Assembly (NCBI RefSeq): GCF_004010195.1
Contig: NC_057728.1
Location: forward strand, 47,650,166 to 47,714,165
DNA: 64,000 nucleotides
Reading direction: 5' to 3'
Source: Chiloscyllium plagiosum
Lineage: Eukaryota
Shown one piece after another: positions 25,201 through 40,155 of this stretch. A program made the translations under genes and the position numbers. Positions within the stretch are counted from its first letter, which is position 1; each line of letters starts with the position of its first letter. The notes under the pieces were generated by a model. That model was given only the letters and a program-made list of their open reading frames with translations. It did no database searches and was not told the DNA's origin.

Positions 25201-25589
25201 CTGTACTCTATAAGGAAAAATATTTTAATTATTTTAAATACTATGAATGTTATCTGTAAGGAAAAATATATAAAGTTAAAATTGTATTAAAGTCAGATAT
25301 TCATGCCAACACAATAACATATTGAATAGAACGGTGCCAGTGATCACCTGAAGTTCTGGGCTGCTAACTTTGGATTAGTGAAACTTGTGGAAGCCTATCA
25401 TATGGCTGCACTTTGCATGTGACCATCTCCAACTGGAACAGAGCTAGGCTGCACTGAAGTTCTGGGCAAGCGATCATTCAACAACAAAATCTTCCTGTAG
25501 AAGTATGTTCAAACCCTACAAGTATGGCTGAACCTGTGAGAGTGTTGAGTGTCGACCAGAGAGTGGAAGTGGAAAGTGGTGATATAAAA

Positions 25590-26186
25590 ACCCACCCTCC
25601 CGTCCTGGCACCTTCCCCTGCCACCGCAGGAATTGAAAAACCTGCGCCCACACCTCCTCCCTCACCTCCATCCAAGGCCCTAAAGGAGCCTTCCACATCC
25701 ATCAAGGTTTTACCTGCACGTCCACCGGTACCATTTATTGTTTCGGTTGTTCCTGATGCGGTCTCCTCTACATTGGGGAGAATGGACGGCTCCTAGCAGA
25801 GCGCTTTAGGGAACATCTCCGAGACACCCACACGAATCAACCATACCGCCCCGTGGCCCAACATTTCAACTCCCCCTCCCACTCTGCCGAGGACATGGAG
25901 GTCCTGGGCCTCCTTCACTGCCGCTCCCTCACCACTCGACACCTGGAGGAAGAACGCCTCATGTCACCCCCACTCACCTATTGTACTCTATGCTACTTTC
26001 TCCCCACCCCAACCTCCTCTCATTTATCTTTCCACTCTTTAGGCACTCTGCCTGTATTCCTGATGAAGGGCCTTTGCCCAAAACGTCGATTTTACTGCTC
26101 TCGGATGCTGCCTGAACTGCTGTGCTTTTCCAGCCCCACTAATCCAGAATCTGGTTTCCAGCATCTGCAGTCATTGTTTTTACCAT
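25590..26186 (+). mobile_element. Penelope-like GIY-YIG fragment joined to a family-B tail
   Basis: CGLLYIGENGRLLAERFREHLRD...PVAQHFNSPSHSAEDMEVLGL, followed by cctgatgaagggcctttgcccaaaacgtcg at about 26059-26088. Links family B to a Penelope-like element. Confidence 0.87.
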
Positions 26187-26259
26187 GCTTAGTGAAAGGA
26201 AAGGGAGATTCCACTATAGAGTCTGTCAGCCATTTTGAAATGCAAAGTGAAACATCTTG

Positions 26260-26620
26260 AAACAGTTTGGCGTGCAGGTATTCTCTCCAGTAAGTATGTT
26301 GCTGATCCCTTGTGAAAGGTTTACTAATGTGGTTGAAGCCACATTCCTTTGTGAAGCATGCACTAAGAGGTGAGTAAAACCATCTGGATGAGCTTCTAAA
26401 GTTTTGTGGTGTGGACAAAATATGTAAGAAGATGAGTAAGAAATTGAAAAAGATAAAGGAGATCCCCCATGTTATTGGAGTCATTGAGAAGAAACAGGAA
26501 GCAGAAGTACACCCAACTGTTCTAGAGGCTATGATCATGATAAAGAAGGCATGAGAGATGTTGATGGAGGTCACAATCACCAAATACTTCATTCACACAG
26601 GGTTTAAACCAGTAACTTTT
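26260..26620 (+). mobile_element. Possible degraded Tigger/pogo transposase fragment
   Basis: Reads LEAMIMIKKA*EMLMEVTITKYFIHTGF, resembling the recalled DDE_1 C-terminal consensus (L.A...I..AW..V...TI..CF.K.GF). Confidence 0.45.
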
Positions 26621-29159
26621 GCATAAAATGCTGAGTACAAGTGGGAGCAGGGCAAGGCCAACTAACCCAATGACCAGGCTGTTTTGTACACTTCTGAAAT
26701 GCTGTTTTTGCAATCTCTGCAGAGTCAACCATGGAAATGTATGCCAAGGTGAGCAACACTGTTCGCTGCACAAAGGAACTGACAGAAGAGGCCATTGTAG
26801 ATGTAGTGCATTCTTCAGCATGAGGATACCACTGACTCTGAAGTTTCTGATGAACGCCCAAGCTCATGTTTGATCAGTTGAAGCTGCAAAGGCCGTGGAG
26901 CTGCTCTGAGATTTCATACTGCAGCGCAAAAGCACTGAAAACATGTTTAACTGCATTGATGACATTACAGACGTATCACTCTCATCCAAAGACACCATGC
27001 TAAGCAGAAAAGGATTGCTGAATATTTACAAATATAACTCAACAATTTTCAATGCCTTTTATTGTACAAGGTCAGATCATTTCAGGTTTTAACAAATTGA
27101 AAATAAAGGCATATTTATCTTGTATTTACTGCTTTACTATGTTTTCCTTTTGCATTTTGTTGACATTCAGCATGTTTCTCTTCAAATCTGGTTACATAGC
27201 AACTTCCTTGGTTATCTAAAAGATTTGCTTAATCTTAATTTGTGGATGCATCTTGTGTCAGAACCAATACTCCTCTATACAGGCAGAACCTTTTCCAATT
27301 GCTCTCTTTTCTGAAGGTTGCTGTGGTAAAATTTTATAGTTGCTAGCAATACTGCAGCCCTTCACCAAAGTACCCCAATTAATCATATGTTGGCAGACTA
27401 TTTAATCCTAGATCATCATCTAAAGCCTATGCTGAACATTCTTTTGTGTGGAGTATTAATAGTTTGGAGACATTGAAAGGTAGCGTATCTGGATATTTTC
27501 ATTTTTAGAAAAAAATATACTCAGATCAGAATGTAGTATACAAGAGTCCGAGAAGATGATAGTACTTAAGAATCTATTCTGCTTATACTCCATTTTCTCA
27601 ATATAATACTCAAGCTTTTATCTGTCCCGTTTGCTTTGACTGTCTGCTTAATGGAGATTTTTTTTTGACTGGTACTTTTGATGGACAGTTCCTGGGGTGC
27701 ATGGCTGACTGGAATACATGAAAATCTGTGGCCCTAGTGAGATAAAGGACATTTGGAGGAGAAAGAAACAGTTGGAGGGAACAAGGAGCTCAATAACAGT
27801 GTCACCCTAGCTGGTGAGATTGTACCAGTGAAGGATGGGACGGGATTGGTGGGAGAAATGGGATGGAGATGCCAAGAGGGATGGGAGATTATGGAATTGG
27901 TTAAGTGGGTTGAAATGACAGGGGCAGTTAATAGCAGATGCAACCTATTATTTGAAATAAAGTGGTTTCAGGAAAGCTATTCGAATTCATCAAAGTTGAC
28001 ACCATGCATAAAGAAAATGACAAATATCAATTCCAAAAGATGTGCCACTGCACAAAGCTAGTGATGGAAAGTGGGACCACTGTGAATTTAGTGTAGTTTT
28101 GGCAGTGTAGACACAATGGGCTGCACCATATGATTCTAGATGCAAGGAGGGAGCAGTTAAAATGTTGTTACAAAACTCAAATCCTAAACAAGGACTTTGT
28201 CATGGAACAAGGATGGTAATTATGAAGCTGATTTCTTCAATGATGGATAGTAAAATTATAACAAGCAGCTTCTGGCAAACTTGATTATTTAATTCCTTGA
28301 ATACTAATGAACTCTTAAAATGTAAATCTGAATTTTCAGCTTGGGAGAATTGAGTTCCCAATTGTTTTCTATGAATGTTTAAAGAATGTCACCAACGCTA
28401 GACTTGTGACAGAATTTTATATTTATATTCCTAGGCTTGTTTTTACACACAGCCTTTTTCCAAATAGAAAGATTTTGATTCTGTTACATCTTTAGTGAAA
28501 GAAAAACTGTAAGTCCTGTACTTAAAGAAATACAGTTGCAATAAAAAAAAGACCGCAAATGTTTTGTGGGTTTTTGCTAGTATTTAAATATTAAGATTGT
28601 GTTACCAAATCCTTTATACTATGACCTACTCCTCAGCTCCAGCAGCATTGCCAGAGGTCTGCAGGAATGCAAATGTTCACAAAGTGGTCAGCGTCTGGAA
28701 TGTGGTGCCTGAGAGTGTGGTGGAGACAAAATCAATTGTGGCTTTCAAAGAGGAATTAGATAATTATCTGAAGAGAATTTTTGCAATGCTAGGGGAAATG
28801 GTGGGAGAGTGGGACTATGCTTTCAATTCACAGTGAACTGGCATAGACATGTCAAGTCAAATGGTCTCTTTTTGTGCTGTAACCTTTCTCTGATTCTATG
28901 ATCACTCCTAATTGTTTTCTTACTAAGGTGACCAACTTGATCCACATCATTCCCCAGAATCAGATCTAGCAATGCCTCCTCACTGGACCAGAAACTTAGT
29001 GATTTAGAAAATTCTCCTGATCATTCAGAAACTCTTGCCCTCTCTAATCTTTACATACTTACAATTCTAGACTATATGAATAATCAGTGCCCTGGCAATA
29101 ACTAAAGTGTTTGCACCTTTCTGTAATTTCCTTGCAAATTTGTTTCTCCATCTCTTTCA

Positions 29160-29370
29160 GGGTATTGGTTAGCTCAGTTGGCTGTGGAGTTGGTTTGAAA
29201 TGCTGAGTGATGCTAACATCATGGGTTCAATTCCTGCACTAGCTGGAATTGCCCTAAGGGTTCTCTTTGTCAGCTTTTCCCCTCAACTGAAGCATGATAA
29301 ACCACACCCAGTTGTCCCTGTAATGAGAGAACAGCAATATGGTCTGGTAAGCATTCCATACAGCAACTTT
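29160..29370 (+). mobile_element. Degraded tRNA-derived SINE (related copy at about 49955-50150)
   Basis: ttagctcagttgg A-box-like and gggttcaattcc B-box-like motifs. Confidence 0.55.
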
Positions 29371-29409
29371 ACCAATCGTTTTCTAGTACAGTGCCATATG
29401 GAATGCTAA

Positions 29410-29730
29410 TACTAGCCAATGACACCTCCAGCAGCAGATAGAAAAGCTGCTTCATGCTTCTAGTGAGTTTGACCATCAGTATCAGGAAGGTAAACACATT
29501 GTCCCAGACAATGCGCTATCACCATCTATCAACAATGACAATGCGATGCTGGAGTTTGTTGATAGATTTAGCTATCTAGACTCCACCATCATCTGCTATC
29601 TACCACTTGATGCTGAAATCAACATTCACATTGCAAAATCTGCAGCCTTTATTTCCAATCTGAGTAAGAGATTATCCTCAGTGCACTCTTCTACAATAAT
29701 GAGACCTGGACAACATATGTTGGACAGAAC
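29410..29730 (+). mobile_element. RTE-clade LINE RT fragment
   Basis: LEFVDRFSYLDSTII...LDAEINIHIAKSAA resembles the RTE/BovB F.YLGS...LD.EI..RI.KA motif. Confidence 0.65.
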
Positions 29731-30259
29731 TCAAAATACAATGAGGGTAGCAGGTAATTGACCCAAAACGGCCTAGGAGAATTTATTCACAGGGGCAACC
29801 AGTGTGAGAAAACTTGAATTCATCAGAAAGTGAGGAACTGTTCCTCCAAATAGGTTGGTTTTCCCTTGTGTTTGCTGGTGGGTGAGCATTTCAGCAGTAA
29901 TTGTGGGATAGAAATGGCCTGTGATTTGAGGAGCAGCGAGCCGAGTAAGTGAGTTCTGTCGTCAGGAAGCTATCTACTGGCTAGTGAGTCCGGGGTGTGG
30001 ACATGGCTCTGGTTGGGTCAAGGACCTTTTACCAGGAAGCTTTTTGCCAAGGATTCTGCTGCTGCCATGTCCAATTCTTCTCCCATCCTGATTTCAACCT
30101 GGACTCTGTGGCAATAATGAATGGTCATTAGTGCAGATGATTACTTTTCCCACATTAGATATATGCAATTTACCAACATGACTTTGATGAAATCGTATTC
30201 TTAAACTCTCATCGCCGGATCACATTTGATGAAAGTGCACAGTTCTAACGTCTAGGACT

Positions 30260-32350
30260 ACCTTGAAGGAAGAAATGAACTGTGTACACTTGAGGTATAT
30301 TACCACAAGGCATAAAAGAAGGACAAACAAAGCCAAAGCTGACTGGATGACAAAAGAGAGATAAAAGCAGAAAAATGGTGTTTATGGCAGATTTTAAGTT
30401 GCTAATGCAAATGCGAACCCAGCTGAATATTAAAATTTCAAATGGGAAAGAAATCGAAGGTGAAGTAAACAGAGGGTATGCATAGAAACTGATAGCTAAT
30501 GTAAAAAGAAATCCAGAAGTCTAATATAGCCATATAAATGGTATAAGGACAGTAAATGGCAGTGCAAATTATGGACCAACAGAAGACATGGCTGAGGTAC
30601 TTGATGAGTATTTTATATTTGGCTTTAGCAAGGAAGAAAATGTTGCCCAAGTGATAGTGAGAGAGAATGTACTTAATACATTTCATGGACCTAGCACAAT
30701 TGATAAAGAAGAGGTATTAGGCAGGCTGGACTTAAAGTCACCAGGACTAAATCATTTGTATTGAAGATAATGAGATATAAAGGTATGAACTACAGAGGCA
30801 CTGACCAGAATCTTTCAATCTTTCTCAAACATTGGGGTGGTAGCAAAAGTCTGGAGAATTGCATGTGTTGCAACCTTGATGAACATAAGCTGTAAGTTTA
30901 AACCCAATATCTATAGGTTGAACAATTTAATTCTGAAAAAAAATTAAGAAATGATAATTTAGGATGAAATTGAACAGATGTGGATAAATTAAGGAAAATT
31001 AGCGTGGATTTAAAGGTCAATTCATGTTTAATCACCTTTTTTGATGAGGTAACAAAGAATTAATTAGGGTAATATAGTTGATGATGGAGTGGATGTAGAT
31101 TTGCAAAAGGCATTTAATAAAGTGCCACATAACAGACATGTTAGAAGAGTTAGTCTATGGAATAAAAGAACACCCGGTGAGTGACTGGAGGCAGAATGAT
31201 GATGATGTTTTTGTTTGACCTGTAGGACAGTATGTAGTGAGGATCCCTGAGGACCTATATTTCGACCACTACCTTGCTTGGATTACATTAATGAGTTAGA
31301 CTTGCATGTGATTTCAAAATTTGTGCATACAAGATGTGGATGTGTTGTGAACTTAGGGCATTCAAAGGATGGGGAGACAATACAAAATAAAGGGTGCCAC
31401 TATAAAGAGTACACAAAAGCAGAGAGGCCTGGCCGGCCCATGTACATAAATCTTTAAAGATGGCATGACAAGTAGAGAGAAACAAAAGCAGAAATTGCAA
31501 AAGAAATTCAGCGGGTCAAGCAGCATGTGTGGGAAGAAATCAGAGTTTACAATTTGAGTCCAGTGACTCTTCATAAAGACAGGTAGAAAAAGCTGTTATA
31601 TAAAGACTTCATAAATGAAGGCATAAAGTACAAGAGAAAGGAGGCAATGGTTATTTAAGACATTGGTTAAACCTAAGCTGGAGTATTGTGTATAGTTCTG
31701 GACTCCACACTGTAGGAAGGACATGGATGCATTAGAGAAAGTGTAGGAAAGGCTTACAAGAGCAGCTCCAGGGATGAGACATTTCACTTTATGAGGAAAG
31801 TTTGGAGAAGTTGAAATTGTTTCCCTGAGAGAACAGAAGTTTAAAAGGAAATTTAATAGAAGTTTCAAAATCATGAGAGATATCATAGGGAGAAGCAGTT
31901 CCTACTCATAAAAAAAGGATTGAGAACTGGAGAGCACAGTTTTAAAGCGTTGTGTGAATATGAGGCTAGAAAAGCTTTTTCGCACAATTGGGGTGTGGGA
32001 TTCACTGCACCTCCATTCTTCCCAGTAATATATCATTTCCCTCCTCCCTACAAGCATTCCCTCCCCATTCTCCAATCTCATCAGCAGCCCCACCCCCAAC
32101 CCCAACCCCTGTTTTCCAATTTTATCAATGCCCTCTCCTCACCCATCATGTCGCGAATGAAGGATCCTTTACTTTCTGTCCTTAGATTTGGTATTAATTA
32201 GAGAGTGGTATTAGCAGATTCCAGTGGAGCTTTCAAAAGAGAAATTCATAACTACCTAAGTAAACAAAAAAACCCGAATTATAGGAAAAGGCAGGAGAGT
32301 AGCAGTAGCCAAATTACCCTTCCAGCTAACTATTGTGGACATGATGAGAC
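30260..32350 (+). mobile_element. Old, heavily degraded CR1 ORF2
   Basis: gatttgcaaaaggcatttaataaagtgccacat (DLQKAFNKVPH) and gagtattgtgtatagttctgg (EYCV*FW). Confidence 0.78.
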
Positions 32351-34904
32351 AAAATCCCTACCTCCACTGCAAACGTTTTGTGAGAAAGGATGTGAAAATC
32401 TAGCACAGAATGCAAAACATATTTTATTCTAATATGCTCCCCACACCCACATCCACACACCCCAATGCACATTAATTGCACTTGCATCTCTTAAATTGGA
32501 AAAATATCAAACTATGAATGATTTCACATCGTCATTTTTGGAGCATTTCCATATGAACATAATGGGTTTTAGCAAAGGAAGGGTCCTTCAGTACTTCATA
32601 GGTTAAAAACTGTGTGTGCACTAGATTTGACTTGGTGCAACCACTTTCTGAAAGGATCTAAATACAATAGGGGAAATAAATTGTAAGTTTGGTAAACATA
32701 ACTAATGGCCTGCTTAGTGGAATAATGACCTAACGTTCCTAACTACAGAAGTTCTTGTATACACTTTGCTTGACTTTGAAAAATGACTTTCTTCCATGCA
32801 ATGCTGCAGGGTTTTCCCTTTGTTTTGAGGAAGGATATATCTGAAACTTGAACGAAAACTTTTGTAGTCAGAAATATGTGACAGGAAAAAGAAAACACTC
32901 AAATGGTTGAAGTTTAGATTCTCAGTCTAGTTAATTGCCTGCAGAACCAAACATGGTGGCAGATGAACAACCAGAAGTCAATTCTGTGACAATTCCTTAG
33001 GTGGTTTTTTGAATGGGGAGGGTTTGAGAGGGGAAAGGGGACTATTTTTGTCAAACATTCCCTACTCTATATTTATTATGTGTCAGTACAGAGGTTACAA
33101 CACTTAAGAAGCTAACACTGCTGAATTTAAAAGATGCTAGCTGCATGCTGCATTCCCCATTTTTTAAGTTCACATCTCCTCATGGCTTGGATGTAAAATG
33201 CTTTGTTAACTTATTAGCTCTTCTGATATTAGTGACACCGATGTATAATTGTAAAACATGCTTGCTAGTATGTGACGATATAAAAACGTAATTCAGCTGC
33301 AGAGAACAGGAAATCAACTAATTAAAACAGTTTCCCAGCTGATTTTCTATGTGTTTTTTACAATGCAATGTTTAAACAGAAAATAGAGAGTGATTGTAAT
33401 GAAGATAATTGTCTTCCTCTCAATCTTAAAATGTCTGTACTTTTCAGATTATTCTCATACTTGCCCAGTCCAATTGATTGCTTCCTGTTGCCATTAAATA
33501 ATTGAATAATGATCATTTTCCTGATAAACAAGACTTTTATTTACTGACATCCTGTATGCCTAGGAGGCTGAAACATATAAACAACCAACAGTATACAGAA
33601 GCCTGTGTATACCAAGCTCTGGTCATCAGTTCATCCAACACGTATGGATTTAAAACATTTTTTTGTTTCATGTTATTTTTTAACTCTTAACATAGAGTTT
33701 TACTTGCTACATTAGTAATGACATTCCCTGACTCTGGGTTCTCACTGATCCTAGGTCTTTCGTAGAACATTACAGCGCAGTACGGGCCCTTCAGCCCTCG
33801 ATGTTGCACCACCCTGTGAAACTAATCTCAAGCCCATCTAACCTACACTATTCCATTCTCATCCATGTGCCTATCCAATGCTAATTTAAATGCCCTTAAA
33901 TTTGGCAAGACTACTGTTGCAGGCAGTGCATTCCATGCCCCCTACTACTCTGAGTAAAGAAACTACCTCTGACATCTATCCTATATCTATCACCCCCAAA
34001 TTTAAAGCTACATCCCCTCGTGCTAGTCATCGCCATCTGAGGAAAAAGACTCTCACTGTCCAAACTATCTCACCCTTTGATTATTTTAAATGTCACAATT
34101 AAGTCACCTCTCAACCTTCTCTCTAATGAAAACAGCTTCAAGTCCCTCAGACTTTCCTTGTAAGACCTTCCCTCCATACCAGGAAACATCCTAGTAAATC
34201 TCCTTTGAACCTTTTCAGAATCTTCCACATCCTTTCTATAATGCAGTGACCAGAACTGCATGCAACACTCCAAATGTGGCCACACCAGAGTTTTGTACAG
34301 GTGCAGTATGATCTCATGGTTCCGAAATTCAATCCCTCTAGCAATAAAAGCTAACACAACGTATACTTTCTTAATACCCCTATCAACCTGGGTGGCAACT
34401 TTCAAGGATCTATGTACCTGGACACCAAGGTCTCTCTGCTCATCTACACTACCAAGAATCTTACCATTAGCCCAGTACTCTGCATTCCTGTTACTCCTTC
34501 CAAAGTGAATCACCTCACACTTTTCTGCATTAAACTCCATTTGCCACCTCTCAGCCCAGCTCTGCAGCTTATCAATGTCTCTCTGTAACCAACAACATCC
34601 TTCGGCACTATCCACAACTCTGCCAACCTTAGTGTCATCTGCAAATTTACCAACCCACCCTTCTATGCCCTCATCCAGGTCAGTTATAAAAATGACAAAC
34701 AGCAGTAGACCCAAAACAGATCCTTGCAGTACACCACGAGTAACTGAACTTCAGGATGAACATCAATCACCACCCCCTTTCTTCTTTCAACTAGCCAACT
34801 TCTGATCCAAACTGCCACATTACCCTCAATTCCATGTCTCCATATTTTGTGCAACAGCCTACTGTGTGGAACCTTATCAAACGCCTTACTGAAATCCATG
34901 TACA

Positions 34905-35060
34905 GAGGAGAAAGTGAGGTCTGCAGATGCTGGAGATCAGAGCTGAAAATGTGTTGCTGGTAAAGCACAGCAGGAAGGGCTTATGCCCGAAACATCGATT
35001 CTCCTGTTCCTTGGATGCTGCCTGACCTGCTGTGCTTTACCAGCAACACATTTTCAGCAG
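34905..35060. mobile_element. Fold-back Penelope-derived insert (family B) nested in CR1
   Basis: 16-bp TSD ctgaaatccat(g/a)taca at 34889-34904 and 35061-35076. Confidence 0.82.
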
Positions 35061-37072
35061 CTGAAATCCATATACACCACATCAACCACTTTGCTCTCAT
35101 CCACCTGTTTGGTCACCTTTACAAAACCATGTTGACTATCTCTAATCAACTTATTCCTTTCTAGATGACTATAAATCCTATCTCTTATAACCCTTTCCAA
35201 TACTTTACCCACAGCCGAAGTAAAGCTATGATTATCAGGTTGTCTCTACTCCCCTTCTTGAACAAGGGGGCAACATTTGCTATCCTTCAGTCTTCTGGCA
35301 CTATTCCTGTAGACAATGATGACATAAAGATCAAAGCCAAAGGCAATCTCCTTCCTGGTTTCCCAGTGAATCCTAGGATAAATCCCATCTGGCCCAGGGG
35401 GCTTCTCTATTTTCACTGTTTCCAGAATTGCTCAAACCTCCTCCACAATCACATCTCGTCTAGTAGCCTGTATCTCAGTATTCTCCCTGACAACATTGTC
35501 TTTTTCTCGTGTGAATACTGACAAAAAGTATTCATCTCCTCTGACTCCACGAACAACTTCCCACTACTATCCTTGATTGGCCCTAATCTTACTCTAGTCA
35601 TTCTTTTATTCCTGATATACCTACAGAGAGCCTTAGGATTTTCCTTGATCTTATCCACCAATGACTCATGTCTCTTCCTGATTCTTCTTAGCTCTCTCTT
35701 TAGGTTATTCTGATCCTTGAATAAGTTCCACATTTCAATTGTGCCCGTCCCCTGCAGTTTCCTTCCCCATCCTATGTTTCCTAAATCTTGCCTAATCACA
35801 TCCTAATTACCTTTTCCCCAGCTATAACTCTTCACCGGTGATATATAACTACCCCTTTCCATCACTAAACCGAATTGTAGTCACTACCACCAAAGTGCTC
35901 ACCTACCTTCAAATCTAACACCTGGCCAGGTTAATTACCAGAACCAAATCTAATGTGGCCTCACCCCTTGTTGGCCTGTCTACATACTGTGTCAGGAAAC
36001 CCTCCTGCACACATTGGACAAAAACTGACCCATCTAAAGTACTTGAACTATAATAATCCTCGTCAATATTTGGAAAGTTAAAGTCCCCCATAACAACTAT
36101 CCTGTCACTCTCACTCCTATCGAGGATCATCTTTGCTATCCTATTCTCTACATCTCTGGAACTATTCAGAGGCCCACAGAAAACTCCCAACAGGGTGACC
36201 TCTCCTTTCCTGTTTTTGATCTCAGCCCATACTACCTCAGTAGACGAGTCCTCAAAAGTCCTTTCTGCAACCATAATATTGTCCTTGACTAATAGTCCCA
36301 CACCCCCCCCACTACCCTTTTTTTTTACCATTTTCTCTGTTTTTTTACTGAAACATCTAAATCCTGGAACCTGCAATAACCATTCCTATCCATGCTCGAC
36401 CCATGTCTTCAAAATAGCCACAACACCGAAATCCCAGGTACCAACCCATGCTGCAAGTTCACTCACCTGATTCCAAATGCTCCTGGTATTGAAGTAGACA
36501 CACTTCAAACCAATTTCATGCGACCTTGAAACCTTAGTTTTGATTTCACTACTCTCAACCTCCTGTATACTCGAATGACAATTTAGGTTCCCATCCCCCT
36601 GCTGAATTAGTTTAAACCTACCCGAAGAGCAAATTCCCCCCCAGGATATTGGTACCCCTCTGGTTCAGGTAAAGACTGACTTGTTTGTAGAGGTTCCACC
36701 TACCCGAGAAAGAGCTCCAATTATCCAAGAATCCAAAACCCTCTCTCCTGCACCATCCTTGTAGCCACAAGTTCAACTCCTCTCTCTCCCTATTCCTCTC
36801 CTCGCTGGCATGTGGCACAGGTAACAAACCAGAGATGACAACTCTGTGTGTTCAATCTCTAAGCTTCCACCCTAACTCCTCGAATTTCTGCTTTAAATCC
36901 CCATCTCTCTTCCTATCTATGTCATTGGTGTCTATGTGGACTATGACTTGAGGCTGCACCTCCTCCCCCTCAAGGATCCCAAATCACGATTAGAGGCATC
37001 GCGAACCCTGGCAACTGGGCGGCAACACACCAACCGTGAGTCTCTGGCATCTGTCCCCCTAACTATGGAGTC

Positions 37073-37167
37073 TAGATTAGAGTGGTGCTGGAAAAGCACA
37101 GCAGTTCAGGCAGCATCCGAGGAGCAGTAAAATCGACGTTTTGACCAAAAGCCCTTCATCAGGAATA
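37073..37167 (-). mobile_element. Penelope-derived insert (family B) nested in CR1 ORF1
   Basis: Perfect 15-bp TSD cctaactatggagtc at 37058-37072 and 37168-37182. Confidence 0.85.
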
Positions 37168-39353
37168 CCTAACTATGGAGTCCCCAATGACTAATGCTCT
37201 GCTCCTCTTTCCCCTTCCCTTCTGAGCAACAGGGGCAGACTCTGTGCCAGAGAGCTGCACCCCATTGTTTACCCCTGTTAAGTCACTTGCCCCCTCGTAA
37301 CAGTATCCAAATGGTATACTTGTTATTTGAGGGGAATGGCCACAGGGGGTCCCTGCACTGCCTGCCGGTTCCCTTCTTGTCCCCTGATGGTAACCCATCT
37401 ACCTTCTTCTTGTACCTGAGGTGTGACTACCTCCCTGTAACTCCTCTCAATAACCCCCTCTGCCTCCCAAATAATTCGAAGTTCATCCAGCTCCAGTTCC
37501 CTAACGTGGTTTTTGAGGAGCTGGAGTTGGGTGCACTTCCCACAGATGCAGTCAGCAGGGACACTAGTGGTGAACCTTACCTCCCACATTCTTTAGGAGG
37601 AACATTCAACTGCCCTAACCTCCATTCCCACTATTCTAAATTCCCAACAAGACTACTGAAAAACTAAAAATATAGTAGTAAACTCCCTGTGTAACTCAGC
37701 AGAGATGATAAAGTGAATTGCTCAATAACTTCCTGCCCTTTTCCATTTGAGAAGATTTTGTTGTCTATTGATCCTCTTCCTGTAATAGCTAGATGAGAAC
37801 TCATCAAATGGAGGAAATTAGATCCCAACATTCTGAGATGGTTTACTTACAGATGTGGCCCACCATTCAATTATATGAACCTAGGTATACTATCAGTAAG
37901 CAATTCATTCCTCTGGAGTGAATGAAGTTCATTTTGTTCTGAATTACAAAGGTTTAAATGCCATTTCACAACTTTAGTGCTAATTTTCAACATTCCAATT
38001 TAGTATTGAGGGAATTTACGCCTTTGATGGAGGTGTTAAACTTTGTGCCCCATTTCTCTGGATAAACATTAATAATCTCCGGACGCTCCGGAAGATTGAT
38101 ATTCTGATCACTGTCTGATCAATCCTCCTTTGTCACAAAACCACTAACTTGGCTTTTGAGTGTGGAAAATTGAATTTCATCAAACACTTCATCCAAAAGA
38201 CCTATCCTAACATCCACAAGTAGCAGTTTCCAATCCTTATTAGCTAACAGATCAAGAGTGAAATTAATTTGTGTCAATTGTGCAAAATCAGGCCTGTGTG
38301 AAAATGCTGCAGATTTGTTAAAATTTGCATTACCCCATTCTGGTCAATTTCACCCCATTAACCCACCCCCACAAATTTCACGCCCATTAATCATTAAAAA
38401 GCTCAGTAATGCAGACAGATTACAAAATATGTCAACAGAAAGTACATTTTTCGGAATGAAACATTGAATAGCTGCTTTCTTCCTCTTCTCCTGACTTTCA
38501 TTTTGTGAATTGAGTCATGACATTATCACTGAGGTTTTGGTAACCAGAGGTACATTTTAGATGATTTTTCAATGAATATGGTGTTCATTTAATGTGCTTT
38601 AACCACAACAAAAGGGGACCTGATTCTCTTTCTGTCCTCAATTCATAGAAGTATCAGATATTCTTTCTCTCCTCAGTTGTTGTCTTTGTGTAAGTACAAA
38701 TTTAGTAACAGCTGAGAAAGTAGCCAAGCTAACTCTGTTAAAATACTGACTCTACTTCTTTCAAGTCTGCCTATTTTGTGTGAAATCACTGAAACTTGCT
38801 TCTTTGCTTAGACCTTGTCATTCATGATTTTATTAATGTGCAGGAATCATACCTGTGTGTAGTTTCTTTCCAAGAATTGGCTAGTGGTGGTAGTCATGAA
38901 GCAAATCTGTGCACATTTCTACTGTTAACTTACAGCATGTGGTATTCTTTCCACCTGAAGCTTCCGGAAGCATGTGCCATTTCCACCAACCCCATTGTTA
39001 TCGGGCAATGCCCAAAGGTCTGCCACATAAATTTGCCACAGAAGTCTAAACGAATTTGGCATACCTTCAAAATGGGCTGGGAGAATGGGGTCATTGTGAC
39101 TCTTCGACTCTTGTGGTAAATGTGATCCCTTCAGATTAAAGAAATCACTCACATTCAAAACCAATCTAATAGCTAATTACATATTCACTGGTCCACAAAG
39201 GGCATGGAATTGATACTCTTGACCTGCAACAGAAAACGTTATATAAAGGACAACTGATAAAGCTGAACTTTAGTGTCTTTTTTTCCAGCAATATTGTGAA
39301 TTCTAATCAACCAGGTGAGAATCAGAATTACAGTTGATGAGTAGATGATGAGT

Positions 39354-39612
39354 AGATTCCCTACAGTGTGGAAACAGGCCCTTTGGCCCAACCAGTCCAC
39401 ACCGACCCTCTGAAGAGTAACCCACCCAGACCCATTTCCCTCTGACTACTACACCTAACACTTTGGGCAATTTAACACAGCCAATTCACCTGACCTGCAC
39501 ATCTTTGGACTGTGGGAGGAAACCAGAGCACCCGGAGAACATGCAAACTCCAAACAGGCAGTCACCTGAAGCTGGAATCGAACCTGGGACCCTGGTGCTG
39601 TGAGGCAGCAGC
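39354..39612 (-). mobile_element. V-SINE (HE1-like)
   Basis: Similarity to 21841-22147. Confidence 0.85.
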
Positions 39613-40155
39613 TATATAGTATCATAGACCGAAGAAAGAATAACAGAAATATTGCTCGTGACTTGGGGGCTATTGATCTTATTGCTGTTCAGTAGGCATA
39701 TTAAGTAATCTGAAAGTTTTTTGTTCTTTATTATTTATTAAAACACATCAATTACTTGTATGAATCATGTGAAATGGTCATAGTTCAGTTGCACAAAACC
39801 TTTCGCATTGTTATTGACTTTAATTCAGTTACTAATTGAAGACTTTAATATATATAAATTATAAACCACACCTTTAGTCATTACAGGAAATAACATTAAG
39901 AAAACCAGTTACTTCATCATCTGTTATCTGTAATCTGTAATATTATTAAATGTTGTAATTGTCCTTCCCATCATTACTTCGAATCAGAAATGTTAGTTTA
40001 CTGTATTTCATGATATAATTGATATAATGCAAATGCATCAGTTTAAAAATGACCAAGTATCAAATGCAGCTGTATATGTTTTTAAACCTTATAATTCCAT
40101 ATAAATAGAAATTTTATAAATTTATAAAACTTCTTGATGCCAAAGTTTACTGATG

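Larger units (their letters stand above)
33763..37660 (-). mobile_element. Near-full-length CR1 LINE (ORF1 and ORF2, internally deleted, inactivated)
   Basis: ORF1: CICGKCTQLQLL (zinc finger/zipper) and ALVIGDSIVR (SGNH esterase). ORF2: VVMGDFNFPNID (APE), MDFSKAFDKVPH and KFADDTKV (RT). Confidence 0.92.
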